A program made the position numbers and the translations under genes. Below are positions 14,720 to 28,860 of a DNA stretch of 64,000 bases, one piece after another. Every line of letters begins with the position of its first letter. Position 1 is the first letter of the stretch. The notes beneath the pieces are model-generated. The model was not told the DNA's origin. It did no database searches and worked only from the letters and a program-made list of their open reading frames with translations. This DNA comes from Raillietiella orientalis (Eukaryota): positions 1,550,001 through 1,614,000 of the forward strand of contig JAYWIR010000030.1 in assembly GCA_036172245.1 (NCBI GenBank), written 5' to 3'.

Positions 14720-14761
14720 TCTGAATACATTCTAAAAATGAATAAATGCTGATGGCCAGAG
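14720..14761 (+). repeat. Donor copy of a 42-bp direct repeat (second copy at 15587-15628)
   Basis: TCTGAATACATTCTAAAAATGAATAAATGCTGATGGCCAGAG matches 15587-15628 at 40 of 42 positions. Confidence 0.9.
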
Positions 14762-15574
14762 TCAACAGTGATAAAAACAGAATACCACATGTGAGCATGC
14801 TTTTCCTATTGTTTGACACAATAACACTCTCATTCAGTAATATCTGAATAATATGAAGAGAAATGTAATAAATACTTGGAAAAAACTTCCTCTTTCATAT
14901 TGAAATGTCTCTTGATGATCATTCCAAATAAAACCCTATTTGTATTTCACTATAGAAGCTATCCTGGAAACAGCCCAAAATAGTAGGTAAATATGAGAAT
15001 AAAAAGTGCCTACTAATTTTGAAATGAAAACTTAATTTTTCCCGGATTTCACAAAAATATTTAATGCACAAAAGCATGCCATAATTCATTATTTTGCCAT
15101 GGGTGATAAATGATTGATCATCGAAGAATTGAATTGATTGATGCAATGCTGTGGTAGATGATCTACAACGAATTATACATCAACTATACGTTCAATCAAC
15201 TAATTTCATTCACTGTCAACTCCACATCACAGTTAGAATCAAAGGAATGCATTCAAGTTTTCTTGAGCTTGCTTTCAAAGCACTGATGAGTAAACAAACG
15301 CTTGTCTTACAAACTCAGCAAATTGGGCATTTTAAAGCACAGTTGGGATAGTGTTACACTTCTGTATCTAACCTAACAATCTGTACAAACCTTCTGTATC
15401 TTGAAAACCTAACAAACCTACAGGTGAGCTATGTAAATCTATAATGTCATTCATTGACCAAATAAAGCCAAAGAATGCAGAGCAAAATTGCAAAGCTGTC
15501 CAGCTTTGCATACATACGCAAGCTGGCTCTTTTCTTGGTTTTGTAATAATCTAAGTACTTCCATAAATTCATTT

Positions 15575-15638
15575 GGTCACTGCATCTCTGAATACATTCT
15601 AAAAATGAAGAAATGCTGACGGCCAGAGGTCACTGCAT
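15575..15638 (+). repeat. 42-bp insertion flanked by the 11-bp direct repeat GGTCACTGCAT
   Basis: GGTCACTGCAT occurs at 15575-15585 and 15628-15638. The intervening sequence copies 14720-14761. Confidence 0.85.
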
Positions 15639-18600
15639 TTGTTCATCACGTCAAACACTGACAAAATGACAGATGTATTATAGTAAATAGTACCTATTCA
15701 TCCTATTCATGTCCACTTATATGTTTTCCATGAAGGCTTCTGCTCCAGCCAATGCAAGTGTTCTCATGCTCTTCTGCAGCAATATCAAAGTGCATATTTT
15801 TAATTCAAAGACCTGTTTTTAAGAAAGAACAGCATCAGCTACCGCGAATGCATGTACCGCTAGTGTTTCCATAATTTAACTTTTTTTTTTTTGTTTTTTT
15901 ACTGTATATCTGATCTAAGAATTCACTGCTGCATAGATGCTGGAAAACATGTTTCGGCCTTCTCGACGAAGTCAAGGTCTTCGTTGCATCTTAACAGTAT
16001 TGTGCTGAACTGCTTCCTGAAGAATTCCATATGAACCAGCATACGGATAAGAGGAAGCAGTAGGAGTTTCGTTTTTCGGCTTTTTTTTGCAAATCGAAGT
16101 ATTTTACACTCACGGTTTTGCGGTAACTTTTAAACCGGCAATTCCTAGTGCCTGATCTCAGGGCTTTAATGACCCCTGAACTCTCTCTCATACGATATTC
16201 AAATGTATGAGAACTCGCAGGGGAAAAAAAGGAGGATCTTCGTCGCTTCCCTCAACTGATTCTATGTATCTTCAAACCACTGTGGGGTGATCCACATGAT
16301 GTGATTCCAAAATTGTATCAAGACGTTCCCCCTTTACCACTTCATCATCTAAGCTTCTTCAGAACTCACCATCAGGAGCCATCAGGAACTCGTAAAAACT
16401 TGATGAAAAATGAAAAAAAATTCCGGTGAACAATAATTTTTTACCAGGGAAACAGTGTGATCACTTCCTGAATGCCATTTGATAGGTTTCTCAAATGGGA
16501 CCAGGCTGAAACGATTTCTGAGCAGCTTCCCAGTTGGAACCATGGCTTTCAGCATATTTCCCCAAGAGCACCCTTTGTCCAGCCCGGACGCTCGTTTCGA
16601 ATCAACTCTTCTCTACTTATCTGAGTATGCTCATTCCAATCAAATGAATCGTGAAGTTTCATGCTCATCATCATGTGATTTCCATACACAGGTTGACAGG
16701 AAAAAATCCTTGCATCTTTCAATCCTTGCTCCTTTTTTGCAGCATCAAAAAATAAGTTCACAAACACATTCACGTGTTTTTGAAAAAAGAGATATTTTCT
16801 TCTTTAATCGTATCTCTTAAGCCTGCAAAAATGATTCTCGTTGTGTCTTTGACACTGCTTCCTCCATGGAGCATTTTTTCTGAGCTTTTTCGTTTGAGCT
16901 TCCAATTTTAACTTTATTTCAGATGAATTACTTCGGCAAAAGATAATTAGGCCATAGAATGATGCTGGTGACTCGAGAAATCTTTTGAGAATCTAGTCTC
17001 TCAAATTTTTTACATTGGAATGCATATTTTAAGAGAGTCTGCGACTTTCCGTGCCCTCTTTTTCTTCCGAGAGGAACTGGACCAATCACATCTGCGCCGT
17101 TCAGATTGCAGTGTTCCAGATGCTCTCTTAACTTGTAACGTCTGCAGGTCCTGTTCCTTCCTTTGTCTCGAATGCATCCTGTAGGATAAAAGGGTTCCGA
17201 AACAGTCAGAAACTTTGCCTGCTTTTCTTATGCTACAGAGTTTTCTTCTTCTTCTTCCCCTCTTTTTTTCCGACTTTTCGACTAAAAATGGAATTTACTT
17301 TGATTTTCAAGTATACAGTGTTCGGGGATAATTTGCTAATTCGTGTTTTGTTTTTCCATAACAGAATGCACAGACAACGACGAAACGGTTCCATAGTCCG
17401 TGTCATTCAGAGACACAAAGAGAGAAACAAGAAAAAAGATGGGATTATCCTTGTTCACTTCGTGTTTCTGCAATTTCGTTAAGTTTGTTCTCTTTTCTTC
17501 CTTCCTGAAATGTTCAAGACCCTTGCGAGTCATTGATTTTCTATGCGTTTCTTACAGCTGCCGGCGACAGAAAGGTTCCGGAAAGTTTCAGAAAATATAC
17601 AACTTAATATGACAAAATAAGCAAAGGTTTTGCTTGCACTGTGCACCTGTGTCTGGACTGAAACATTTTCCTCAACAGTATCCAGAAGCTGTTTCGTGAT
17701 TGTTTTCCATGAAACAATCTTCAAAACTTTACAGGGTTACCGACTGCAGCTTAGGCTGCTGTGCATGCTTAACTCACGTACAAATCCTCTAATTTCATTT
17801 CCGTCATGTGTAGAGACCGCCGAGCGCTACTTACAAAAGGCAGACTACGTGTCAGCACAGCTTTTCATCAGGCTTTGGATTAGCGACTAGCAGATGTTGC
17901 CGTTCTTCGCTAGAGGTACAGTGGCTGTATTTATTGAGCCCTGACCACAGAAGGAGAAAAACGTGCACTCTCAGGGTTTTGCATAGAAAACAACAGCCAA
18001 GGCGATCAATAAATAAAATTCAACAGGTATCAGGATCCATGCTTTCTCAGAAAGATGGCAGACCTAATGACTCCAGCATTAGCAGAATTCGATATTTCTT
18101 GCAAAACAACAAAGATTGTATTCAGGACTACATAATGAGCTATTGGCCCATTTGGAGAATCTCCCATTCATTCTGCATAATCCCTAGGAACAGGGGATTT
18201 TGTAGAGTACAAAGGAAAATTATTCGCATTTATGTGCACCATTTTAAAACCATATCCCAAAATACATGGTAAAAATGAGTAAATAATTGTGGGAAAAAAT
18301 GAAATCTAGACTTTAAGTCTTTTGGACTCAGCGTGCAGGTGAAATGCAATACTTTGAGAAGGATGAAGAAATATGCGCATTCCGCGAGGGAAGTGAACGC
18401 TGTCCTCCCTATTTTTGACCTTTCATCCTAGAGAAGTACTCACCATCCGTTCGCATTCATGCAAAAGCCTTCCCCCCCCCCATTGCAATGAGGTCATTCT
18501 GTATTTTAAAGACGGCTGTCTCCATATGGCTGCCTGTTGCGATGGGTGGTCAGGCTAGTCAACTTTCATTGTATAGCTTATTAACGGAAACAAACTAATT

Positions 18601-21600
18601 TTAAGTACAGAGTAGGACATTACGGTCAGGTGTTCTCAGTGAGGAAGGCACTGAAGAATTTTCAGCAGTCTTGTAATCAGAATTTGAAACTTTAATCGGA
18701 AGAGAGCTTCTTTTTTGGCCTTTGAAAATTTGTATAAAATTATACCGTCATGAATAGGGAAGATATGTTTTTATTAAAGTGATGTCACTGTGAGTAGTCC
18801 TTCTGTACTTGTATCCAGGATTCCTTAAAACAGTTGCAAGGCAAGCAGATGTTTGCTTTTTTCGACAATTTTGTCTTTTCCTTAAAGCAAAACTGTCGTT
18901 CAAGAATGAACTAAAATTGAGATTTCTTTCGATATACCAGAAGGAAACAAGTATTGCTTTTTTCCAAAACTCCTCAAACCCTGAGCCTGATCCTTGCTCT
19001 TAGGATAGGAACCGGTTCAGAGCACATCTAATAAATACAACGAACCAGGGGTCACGTAGGGTTTCCAAGCAGCTGTCTCTAAGCAGCAGCAAAGGAGAAC
19101 TACTGTGTAATAACGCAACGGAAAACTGGGAGGATTATCAAACTTGTTATAAATAATATAGTTTTGAAGAATACAGGAAGATTACAGGAATGATACAGGA
19201 AGATCCCCGTTCTCACGATCTTTCCTCGTCTCCAGGGCTCCCATCATTTTCTTCGATGAAGCCTCGTGTGGATTCATAACACTGGAGATCTGGCAATCGC
19301 ATGTTTAAAGTTTTGATTCCCTTTCTGATTGTTTTGGTTTAGTATAAATGCTCTAAACCAACAGCTCCACTGCGATGGAAATTTCAATGCAGCCTTTTGT
19401 CTGCGGTGTGATTCCACAAAGCATTTTTAGTCGCGAAATTCCACTTTCTATCAGTCAAAACGGATTATGTGACTTGATGCATTGAGAAATCCATCCAGCT
19501 GAAAATCCTGCACATGGCAGGGATCCCTGTAATCAATTTCTGACCAATTTCTGTACCTGAAAAGGTGCTTGGAGTCCATCGCTTTTTAGAGAATCTGCCG
19601 TCAGTCCAATTAGAAAACTGCTGGATATTTGTTGCGGACCATTTTCTTTGAATTCCATCTCTTAGTCAAATGCCTCGATGTATCCATTTGGGATAGATTC
19701 AGTCAAATTGTCAATTGTACCGTTCCAGGATTATTTTGATTATGATGAGGAAAACGATGTCAGGTCGACGATGACCGTATAACAACAAGCATCCTGAAAA
19801 GTATCTTTCCAACCAGCAATTCTTAAATGAGAGAGTGATGGAGAATCTCAAGTACAGTAACAACACTGTACGTTGTCTGTTTCTCTAAACACGACGCAAA
19901 CTTCAAACACATTGCTGAACGATCGCATGTTCCAGTTTACTTCCCTTGGAAACTGATCCAGTGATCGGTCCAGTTTTTACAAGTTTGCTCAGGTGTTTCC
20001 TGGTCTACTACGTTAACAGTCTCGAGCAATCAGAGTTTACCATTTCCATAGTTCTTAGTTCCTCAGAAGTACGAATCCTGATCATTAGAAGGTTACTGCT
20101 GGGTTTCTCCGCGTGGCTACCTCACATCTCGACAAGGCCGAAAATTTTGTACGGCAGTCAAAAGCTGTCGCGAGATGCAACTTTTTCCGTCCTGCAAAAA
20201 GAGTATCAGTTAATTCTGCGTGAAGGGAAAGTTCCAAGGAAGATCGATTGAAATCGGAGGATATCCGATAGTTTCCACGTCCTTTCTCTCGCCTCCTTCT
20301 TTCCTCTGCAATCCGACGTTTCTCTGGGCTTTTGTTTAGAAGCACTTGTGAAGGACAAACCTTTGGCGCCTCATGTGACTCGGGAAAACGTCAGCAAATG
20401 GCGTCCTATCCAGAAATGAGTAACAGGTTTCGTCAAATCTGGAAAGAACTGTTGCATTCCACGAATGCCTCCAGTCTTACATAAAAGGGCAAACACGCAT
20501 TGAAAACGCCTGAAGAAGAGACACAGAGAACTTTGGCGTAGTTACACATTAGTTTCGATTAACGCCATTCGTAGAGGATGGCCTTGGAGATGTGAAGCTT
20601 CCACTGCATGTAAATTTACACTTCAGTGATGATGCTTCCGCAAATACAAAACTTCTTTTTTTCATTTTGGTTCCTGTATATCACAGAGGCTAGAGTTTGC
20701 TGAATCGGGTATAAGTTCAGTAGTATATTCAATGAGATTGAGCGAGGGATGGTTAGTTCTGGAATCCAGAAGGAGCAAAATTTTCAATTTCATGTTGAGA
20801 AATTGCATCCAGTCAGAACCCAAATTACTGATAATTTTCAATTGGAGTTATCTGAGGACTTATACCCCTACCAATAAGGTTAGGTAGACACTAACTGCGT
20901 AATCACTTTATGTCTTAGAATATCCACGAAATGGACCCAGTTCATAGTTTTAATCAGCTTCATCTTCCATCCGATTAATCATTCATCCATTTCCCACATA
21001 GAATGGATAACTTCTGCAATCAACTCATCTACCACCATACCATAGTACGACTAGTATATCTAATTATGTACCCCTTAAATACATTCATGTCCACATCGCT
21101 CTTCCAAAATAAAAACACCCATTCGCTTACTCCTACCTTGTGCTCATCCTCATAATACTCAATCTTTCAGGAGTACCCCTTTCCCAGGATTCCAACCTAA
21201 ATTAATACCCCTAGGGTTTATTCCCATTCCACTAGCAACCATCCTACCAATAAGCTGATGTGCCATCCGTTTTAAGTAGAGCGTCCCTACTCACAACATC
21301 GCGTTTCTTCTTCAGCTCTTTCATCTGATGCACGCATTTGTCAAAACTCACCTACTGCCCCACTGCTGCACTTAATTTGTTTGCAATATTTTCAGCGTTT
21401 CTACGCCAATGAGAACAATCGAAGCAATGCTTCCAAGGGGTAGAGAGAGAGAGAAAAAAAGGATTTATCGTTCTTTAGCCGCCTAGCAAGAGGTAGAGCA
21501 TTTTCTAGAGTCTACGCCAGCTGCTCGGCTTTGGATTCATCCATAACTTTTCGTGGAGCAAACGAAAACGACCATTGCCCCCTTTCATATAGGATTTCGT

Positions 21601-21899
21601 TTCGTCATTAAAATGAGATCATCCTCTGGAAAGACATTTTTCACGAGGATAGAAAGGCACTCTTAGAGACAGGAGGATCAAACACGCTCTTACCAGTAGA
21701 GGTGCCACCGTTCTGGTTAGAGGAAACGTTCCTATATGCGAAGTGGAGTGAAAACGTTCTGGTCGAAGTTTTCACTCCATTTTGAACCTGCGAAGATCCT
21801 CTTATACTCTGCAGGTTTAGTTCAACATAAAAAGAAAAAAAAAGCAAACGTTTTCTTTTCAGCAGTGTAATAACGAGCTGCAGCGAAGCCTTGATTCCA

Positions 21900-22160
21900 T
21901 TACATGAGGATAACCCAGCCTTGATAACGGTAAGACGATCGCATTTTGAGGTTGTAAACTGGAAATGTGATCAGCATCCAAGTAGGCAAGAATTCATCAG
22001 TGCGTTCGAGATCATTTCTTGTACGCCGCGCCATAGCTTCAAGGGCTTTGGATGCGTATTTGAAACACCTCCATGTGCATTGTGATCTTCCCCGTGGAGG
22101 GTGGCTGCTGTCCAATTCCTAGAGGACTCCTGCATCCCATTTCGCGGTGATCCCATTTTG
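21900..22160 (-). mobile_element. Possible decayed LINE APE endonuclease fragment
   Basis: 'LHGEDHNAH' followed by a W in an adjacent frame resembles the APE GDFNAH..W motif. The match is very degenerate. Confidence 0.25.
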
Positions 22161-22699
22161 CGGCGAGGTGCCTCGCTGCTTCGAAATCAGCGTCCTCCTA
22201 CTCTAACCTAAAGTCACTGTTTGCTTTCGTTTTGCTCCCTTTAACAGCCTCTGTTTTATGGATTTCTGGCTGATGCTCCTTTTTAACCTTGTGCCAAAGT
22301 GTGGTTACCTGGAATCCATTGATTGGATACATGCGCAGCTGCTTGCACAAGGAAAAAGATTGCACAAGTCTTCTCCTTGTTATGTAAAATTTCAAGGACG
22401 CAAATGATGCAGCAAAAATATACCCTGGAACGTAGCCTTCATTGAAGCCTTAGCAATGACACGCGACAATTATCCACTCAAACTCACGTGACAGTGCAAT
22501 CCTTGATATTTTAGCCCTCTGCCAATGCTATGTACATCAGTCAATGCATTTAGAGAAGAATAACTACTCTTCCAACAACTCATAGTTCCTGGAAAAGGTT
22601 GCCTCAAGATCACCATGTTCAGGCAATGTCGCCATGGCGGACTCCGACATGGAGCTAAATTGAGACAGAAGACCCGAGCGATTCATAACAGAGCGGAAC

Positions 22700-22850
22700 T
22701 CAAGCTTCACCTCTTCACCTGCCCATTACTGAACAAGAACGAGGAGCCATTGAGGAAAATGATAGGGGCTCCAGGAAAGTCGGCGGGAGAAAACTCGAGA
22801 GGAATACTTGAGGCCGTTTCAAAGTACAATCCCACATTCTACCGTACCTC
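22700..22850 (+). mobile_element. Possible L1/Tx1-like pre-RT fragment
   Basis: 'LPITEQERGAI' and, in another frame, 'RKMIGAPGKSAGEN' resemble PIT.EE...AI..M..GKSPG.DG. Confidence 0.3.
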
Positions 22851-24964
22851 TCCTCCATCACGGCAGTGCTGGAAAGAAGAGAAATGAATGGAAAAGGAGA
22901 TCTCTCAGGATCATCTCTTTGAAACTAAGGTAATGAGAGATCTACTAAGAAGAGAACATGTCAAAGAGGGAGAAACACGGTCATCTTCTGTTGTTGAAAA
23001 TGCTTTTTACACTATAGAAAACATTCTTTTTGATAAATAAGTTATCCAGCATCTGTAAGCAGCATGGTACAGTTACCCAACTCCTTAACTCACCGATGGA
23101 TTGACCTGCATCATGCTAAGAGGATGGGCCACAATTTAGACTCACTCTGATGATGGTATGCGCAAGAATTGGTCGTCCTCGCTGACGCAAGCTCCGTCCC
23201 CAGGTGCTTGATTGCTCAGGTATCAGAGGTAAAAGACGAAATCCTACTACTTCAGTCTCCCATGCCGCTCATGGCGAGATGTGGAGGCAGCTGTTGCTCC
23301 TTTGTTCCTGTGCCGACTGACGAATTCTTCCGCGTTTGACTCGGAGCTGTGCTTACTCGGGAAGTAGGGACGCGAGAGGAGTTCGCTGGAAGTAGCATCT
23401 CTCCGAAACCCATCGCATCCAGCACTTCGTCGACCGTACTACAAGTGTCTCCAAAATGCCCTCTGAATTCTCCGGTGTGCAACCCTTATTGCAGGTCAGA
23501 GTGCATTTCTCAAGACTCGGTGAAGGAGAGGCCACATCCTAAAGATCGAGGACGGTTCTCACAGATGCCACCGTGCGCTTCGTTAGCGCAGACCAGTTCA
23601 GATCTTTTGGTCAGCAGTGATATCCATGGAGAAAAATCCAATGGCTACAGGGAACGAAGATGACTTCAGAGGGGATGAAGAGTTTGCTAAAGGGGTCTCC
23701 CTTTGGGGATCACACAAAGTAACTGTAGTCTTTTGTCATTCTGCGCATTGACTGTCAGTACGGGAGCAAGAGATTGAAGCAAACAAAACCATGAGGATTC
23801 TTTCCTTTTCCTCAGGGATACAAAAAAGGAAAAAAAAAGGAAGGGAGGAAGGAGAGAAGCTAGGAATCTGCTAAAATGAAATTGCATGCCCAGATATTTT
23901 TTTTTTTGTCTTTTTCATGCTCTCTAGATGATGCAGCAATCCGGAGGAAAATCGCACTTTCTTCAACGTCCTTTACAATGTCGAGAGCTCTTTGGTGCAG
24001 TATCCCGCCTGATAGGTTGCCCGTCAGTTTGAATTCTTAAAGAGCAAATGGCCCACCAGACTTCCCTCCAAAATTTCGAGTTGATTTTGAGTGATTTCGT
24101 GATTTCGGATCAACTCCGTCAATCCTCGGAAGACTTCGTTCGCATTTCTCCTTCTTGTCCACCAGACAGTGATCGCAAACAAATGCAGTCCGCGTTGAAG
24201 GACAGGGATGAGAAAGGAGAGAATTTTCCAGGTGCTGCTCTTTCAGCTTGCTAAAATCCTGAAATGCTGGAACATTCGTGGACGCTCCCCGAAACCGATA
24301 ATCTTTCTCTTTGCAGAGGAAACGAGCAGCGCCGCACACCATCTCCTTCGAAAGGGAAAGTCTCCCTTGAGGAGCACCTCGTGGTCCTTCGAAAAATCTG
24401 GTTCATTTTCAAGTGCCAAGAGTGTCCCTCCCTCTTCTGTGATGGCACAGGACGCTCTTCAGGACGTGGGTGGATCCAGGGGCAGCGAATTCCGCCATGC
24501 AAGAGAGACCCTCGCAAACTTTTCAGGTTTTTCGTGTCAGTGATTTCCCGCAGCGCCCACGGGATGTTCTCGGAGGCATACGAGAGCGAAAGGGACGTAA
24601 TCTCGAGGCATCGGCTGGATTCCTGAGGTCAGTTGCGGTCGCCGGATATCACCGGCAACCCGCAGCCAGGGTAGCTCCGCTTCTTTCTCCTTCGAGACGT
24701 AAGGTTTCCGCGTAGCGGTCGCCTAGATCCGAGGTAGGCTGCAGCAGCCCTCTGTCAGGGTCAAGGTCACGACGGCGTCGATTCGATCGAGGGAGGCGAA
24801 GCCCGCATCCGGGCAACCCTTCCTCCCCCTTTTCGAAGCTGCTGCTGCTCCTCTCCTTCTCGACTTCTACCCCCCCGACACAAGCAATCTCTGATGCCAG
24901 ATGCTGCTCAGGAGGAGAGAAAGTCGGCTAGGTCCCAGCTATCTATGTTTTTCCATTCACAGGG

Positions 24965-25110
24965 CAGGAGAGCCTCGCCGGGGAAGACGGCGTTACACCT
25001 TCTTCTCAAGCGCCTCCCGTGGAGGACAATCTGACCCGCTCGCCGAGCTCCCAGTACTCTCCAAGGGCGCAGGCTTCCTTCTAATTAAGAAACTCATCTC
25101 CCTTCTGCAG
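24965..25110 (+). mobile_element. Possible LINE RT N-terminal fragment
   Basis: Read across frameshifts, 'ASPG/EDGVT/LLKRLP' resembles the SPG.DG..Y..LK.LP motif. Confidence 0.35.
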
Positions 25111-26199
25111 GGGAATTGCTTGGAGCCCCGGTGGAGGCTCCCTACCAGCAAGCCCCATTTTCTAGTGGAAGCAGCATTGAATTCCGGCATTCCAGACCCT
25201 CAGGGACTGGTTGAGAAAAACTGCCTTACTTTATTCATGTGTCAACTATGAAACATCATCATCCCGAATATGCGGAGCAACAGCTCATCCTGAACGGATG
25301 AACCCAGGATGCCTGGAAGCGTTCTTTGTTCGCGGTCTGGACCTCTTTCCCAGTTGTGCACAGGATAGCGTCTGGAGACTGGCGGAACGCTCGAAGAGGA
25401 GAGAAATACTACTCTAACCGGAATCTCAAAGCATTTCCGTGGAAGAAAGAAACGCCATCCTCCTGTGCAGTCCCCGAGTGGGCGTGACTTCGTAAGGCAG
25501 CAGCGTGACGACCTGTGGCAACCCAGTGGCAATCTGGACGGCGTCTCACTCGCCTTGCAGCATCAATCCACGTCCTCCTCATCCCATCAGTGGAGGAAGG
25601 TGGCTGGCATCGTGGCTGCTCTCAAACTGGCAGGAGTTCCCAGTGGGGGCCAGTGGTTGCCATTCAGGCCGTCCAAGCCAGGTTTTCGCTTCGACGGTAA
25701 GCACCTCTGTTTCCGCTCACCAAGGACCTCTAGGACTTTTTCTGCGCGCTTTCCACGCAGCCGGAAACCGAAGAAGAGTCCTTGCATCTTCCGCAGTTGC
25801 TCCCTCGACAGTAGGATGCACTCGCAAAACGCTTGCTTCATTGCAATTTAAGGAAAGAGGATCGATTCAGCAAGGGACACGCTGAGGATGTGGGGTGCAG
25901 CCCGAGAGAACTTCTTGAGCCTCGGGAATCTCTTCTTTCAGCTCGCCGTTGCAACCATGGCATCTTCCGCGACTGCTCCTCTCCCGAACTGAGATCCTGT
26001 AGCAACCCTTGGAATGATCCCGGTGCCCTTTTTGGAAAGATCAGAGGAGGTCGTTAAGGACCGAGTTTAGTTTGACCAATGAAATAAGGGCAAAACGATC
26101 ACGGAAACAAATGAGCGTTGCTTCGTGACCACGCAACGCTCAATAGGAAGGGACATCCACTATTCATCGGTCGGTTTCACAAACGCAACAGCTCGAATG

Positions 26200-27150
26200 A
26201 CAACAAAAGGTGGCTCTCGTGAAAACCAGTGTGGTCCACCCTCGGTTTCCAAATTCGAAAAGGAAGAAATAAGATGCTCTTCTTCATCTGTGAGGTGTGC
26301 CCAGTTCTCAAGGACAGGTTCCGAGATGCTTTGCCTCTCGCGGAGCAGCTGAGAGCACAGCAGGACTTCGGCTGTTTTCCAGGAATTGCAAGCGGCCGCA
26401 GAGATTCCGGCGTCCTCCGCGATGTGCGTTTCTTGCTTCTGGAAGAGGAGGGCGCGTCCCAAAGGATCTTCCTGTTTGGCTCATCTTTCCTGTCGATCTT
26501 TTGCCGAGCGTGAGCCTGCTCCTCATTGACTTCCAAGGGAAGCGTGAGATCTGTGCCCGCCAGGAACGGAGCGGTCCGGGTACGTCGAGGGGACGCCGCA
26601 GCCAGGAATCGCTCGCACACGTCCTGAATCCTCGCATCTGCAGCCAACTTACCGTCTTATGGAAACGGTATCGCATGCGTTTAGGAGGCTGCTTGGAAGA
26701 AGTGGGGACTGGCGGCCTGCGGACGGAGAGCGACAGGTGTCGACTCACCGTTCCGATAGGACTTCGTGCTGCCGGTAGAGGGTTGGCCGCCATTCCGGAT
26801 GTTGCCCGTCCGTAGAAAAGTTCTGCTGTGGGTTTGGAGGAGCCTGGAAAGAGGAAAGAATCTTTCTTTCTTCTTCCCGACAGACACTTCTACTCGGGGC
26901 ACCTTGATTCACAGAAATGCTTCTTTCCTCTTCCCATGCAGGCACTTCTCACCAGGAGGAAACCCTGGGTCGACAGGAGCGCTCGCGTTGGCATCCTTGT
27001 GACCCAGGAAATGATGTGGTGTCAAAAGATCGGAAGACCCGGCGGTACAAGGAGGAACACATCTGGAAGCAGCTGGCGCCTTCCAATATCCAGTCGATCG
27101 AGCCACTGCTACGAAGACCTCACCTGGATTGTATCATGACTCACTCGAAA
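26200..27150 (+). mobile_element. Decayed DIRS-like retrotransposon RT/RNase H remnant
   Basis: Degenerate motifs in DIRS order: 'WKRYRMRLGGCLEE' (cf. LR..G.R...YLDD), 'SAV/GFGGAW' (cf. DAS..GWGA) and 'ILVTQEMMWCQKIGRPGGTRR' (cf. V...DN..V..I.RQGGTRS). Confidence 0.45.
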
Positions 27151-28559
27151 GAATGAATGAGAAATGGTGGCCACACTTATTCTGTAAGCGACAAAGCCAT
27201 CATCCTTTGCATTATGTAAAATATTTTATTGCATGTCTATTTTAGGTTGATTTCTTCCATAATCTTCACCACTTTGGAACCTACTCTTCCGTGGTAAGAA
27301 GAATTTTCTTGGCACGTGTGAAAGGAAGATTTCCCAGGGGTAGTGATTACGAGATCGTGCTGCAGAATGCATTCCAGAAAAAGTGAGCTCTGGATCTTTC
27401 TGGATGCAGACATTTTGTCGGAGCATTATTGTGCAGCTCTGGGGGGATGAATGAACTACCACAAAAACCATAAAATGAGTATCAGAAAGCTGAGGAAGTG
27501 TCTCTGAGAGTTGGCGATTAATGTGCACTCAAAAAGTGCCACCAAATTCTGAGCTCAAGCAAATAGGATATACGCTCCTGCAACGTCTCCCAATTTCTGG
27601 ACTAAGATGGCTAGGGGAGCTCTTTCGATTAACGCTGCCACTGTACTTGAAACGTAGGACTTCTTGAATGGCGCTATCCTAAAACACTGAACTGTAGAAT
27701 TGGACTGGTTGCAGGGTGTCTGGAAAACTGGATTAGTCAAGTTCCTTTCAAGGTATTTGAAGAGCGAGCTTTCATGTGGTGGCCTATTCTGGTTGCCGGT
27801 GGCGTCTACGCCGGTTTCCAAGCGCTTAGTCGAGCATCCGTTCGTCGCTTAGTTCTTTCTTCGTCGCCTCGTGTTGTTCGCATTCGCTGCTGCGAATACT
27901 TTGGTTCCGATTCATGCTGGCATAACACATTTTCCGTGCTTCGCTCGATCTAGTTCTGGAGATGATATGCGGTCATGGGTAGCGCATCCTCATCCGCGAA
28001 AATAAGCCGAGAGATGCGTTTGCGTTGCGAAGGCTCATCATTAACTACCGCAAGAGGGAAGAGAGAAAAAGGAAAATTTCAGAGAGAGGACGAGGTGCTG
28101 GCAGGTGGAGTATGCAGAGAGTCAAACTCAGTAGGTTCCTAGGATACAGAGGTTTGAATGTGGCCGCGCCTTTCAGCTAGGGCGGCATGCGTTCTTCCCC
28201 AAGTTTCGAGAATTCCGAGAGCTGTTCCAAAGGAGCGTGAAGGACCCTCGTTCATCTGGGAATAATCATTCGCATCTCAAAAGAACGAATTTCGTGATCA
28301 CCTCGATAGAAGTTCATGGCTCGAAGAGTGCACCCAAAGCCAGCCATCACATGGGGATTGTTCACAAATTTCCTTAGCACTCCTTCATTGTAGGTCTCCT
28401 TCCACGGAGGTAAACAGTACTGCGTTTGCCAAGGTTCTTCTAGAAGAGGGGTCACTGCATATATGGTGTTTTCAAAATACATCTCGGAGCAGTTTGTACG
28501 GAGCTGAGGAATAATATCCATTAACGCTTGTCAGGTTATACACACTGCCTGGGGGAAAC

Positions 28560-28860
28560 CTCTGCCACCTTGGTGGTTCCCGATCTTTCTCAGGTATCTC
28601 CTTATGGCGGCGTCACCATATGGCCTGATGTGGCTGGACGTTTGCTGACCGCGGTCCCCAGAACCAGACGGAAGTGGTGGATTTTTCTGGGACGAATTCC
28701 TACTCAGTTGCGTGAGACGCTGCTAAAAGATCTTTGTTTGCGATTCTGTCGTTGCCCAGTTCCTATGCGCCGCAGGGTGCTGCGACAAGAGTACTCCCGG
28801 AAGCGGGTGCTCCTTTAGAGAAAATTCAGACAGGCAGGTCTCTCTTTGAGCCCAGACAGG
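28560..28860 (+). mobile_element. Decayed tyrosine recombinase C-terminus (DIRS/Ngaro-type YR retroelement)
   Basis: 'PSSYAPQGAATRVLPEAGAPLEKIQTGR', with 'MRR' in an adjacent frame, resembles YR box II HS.R.GAAT.A..AG.....IQ..GRW. Confidence 0.5.

Noticed and set aside
20820..21300. Strand-skewed (C/A/T-rich) segment containing one GGTTAGG
   Set aside because: There is no periodicity or recognisable translation, and a single TTAGG is expected by chance.
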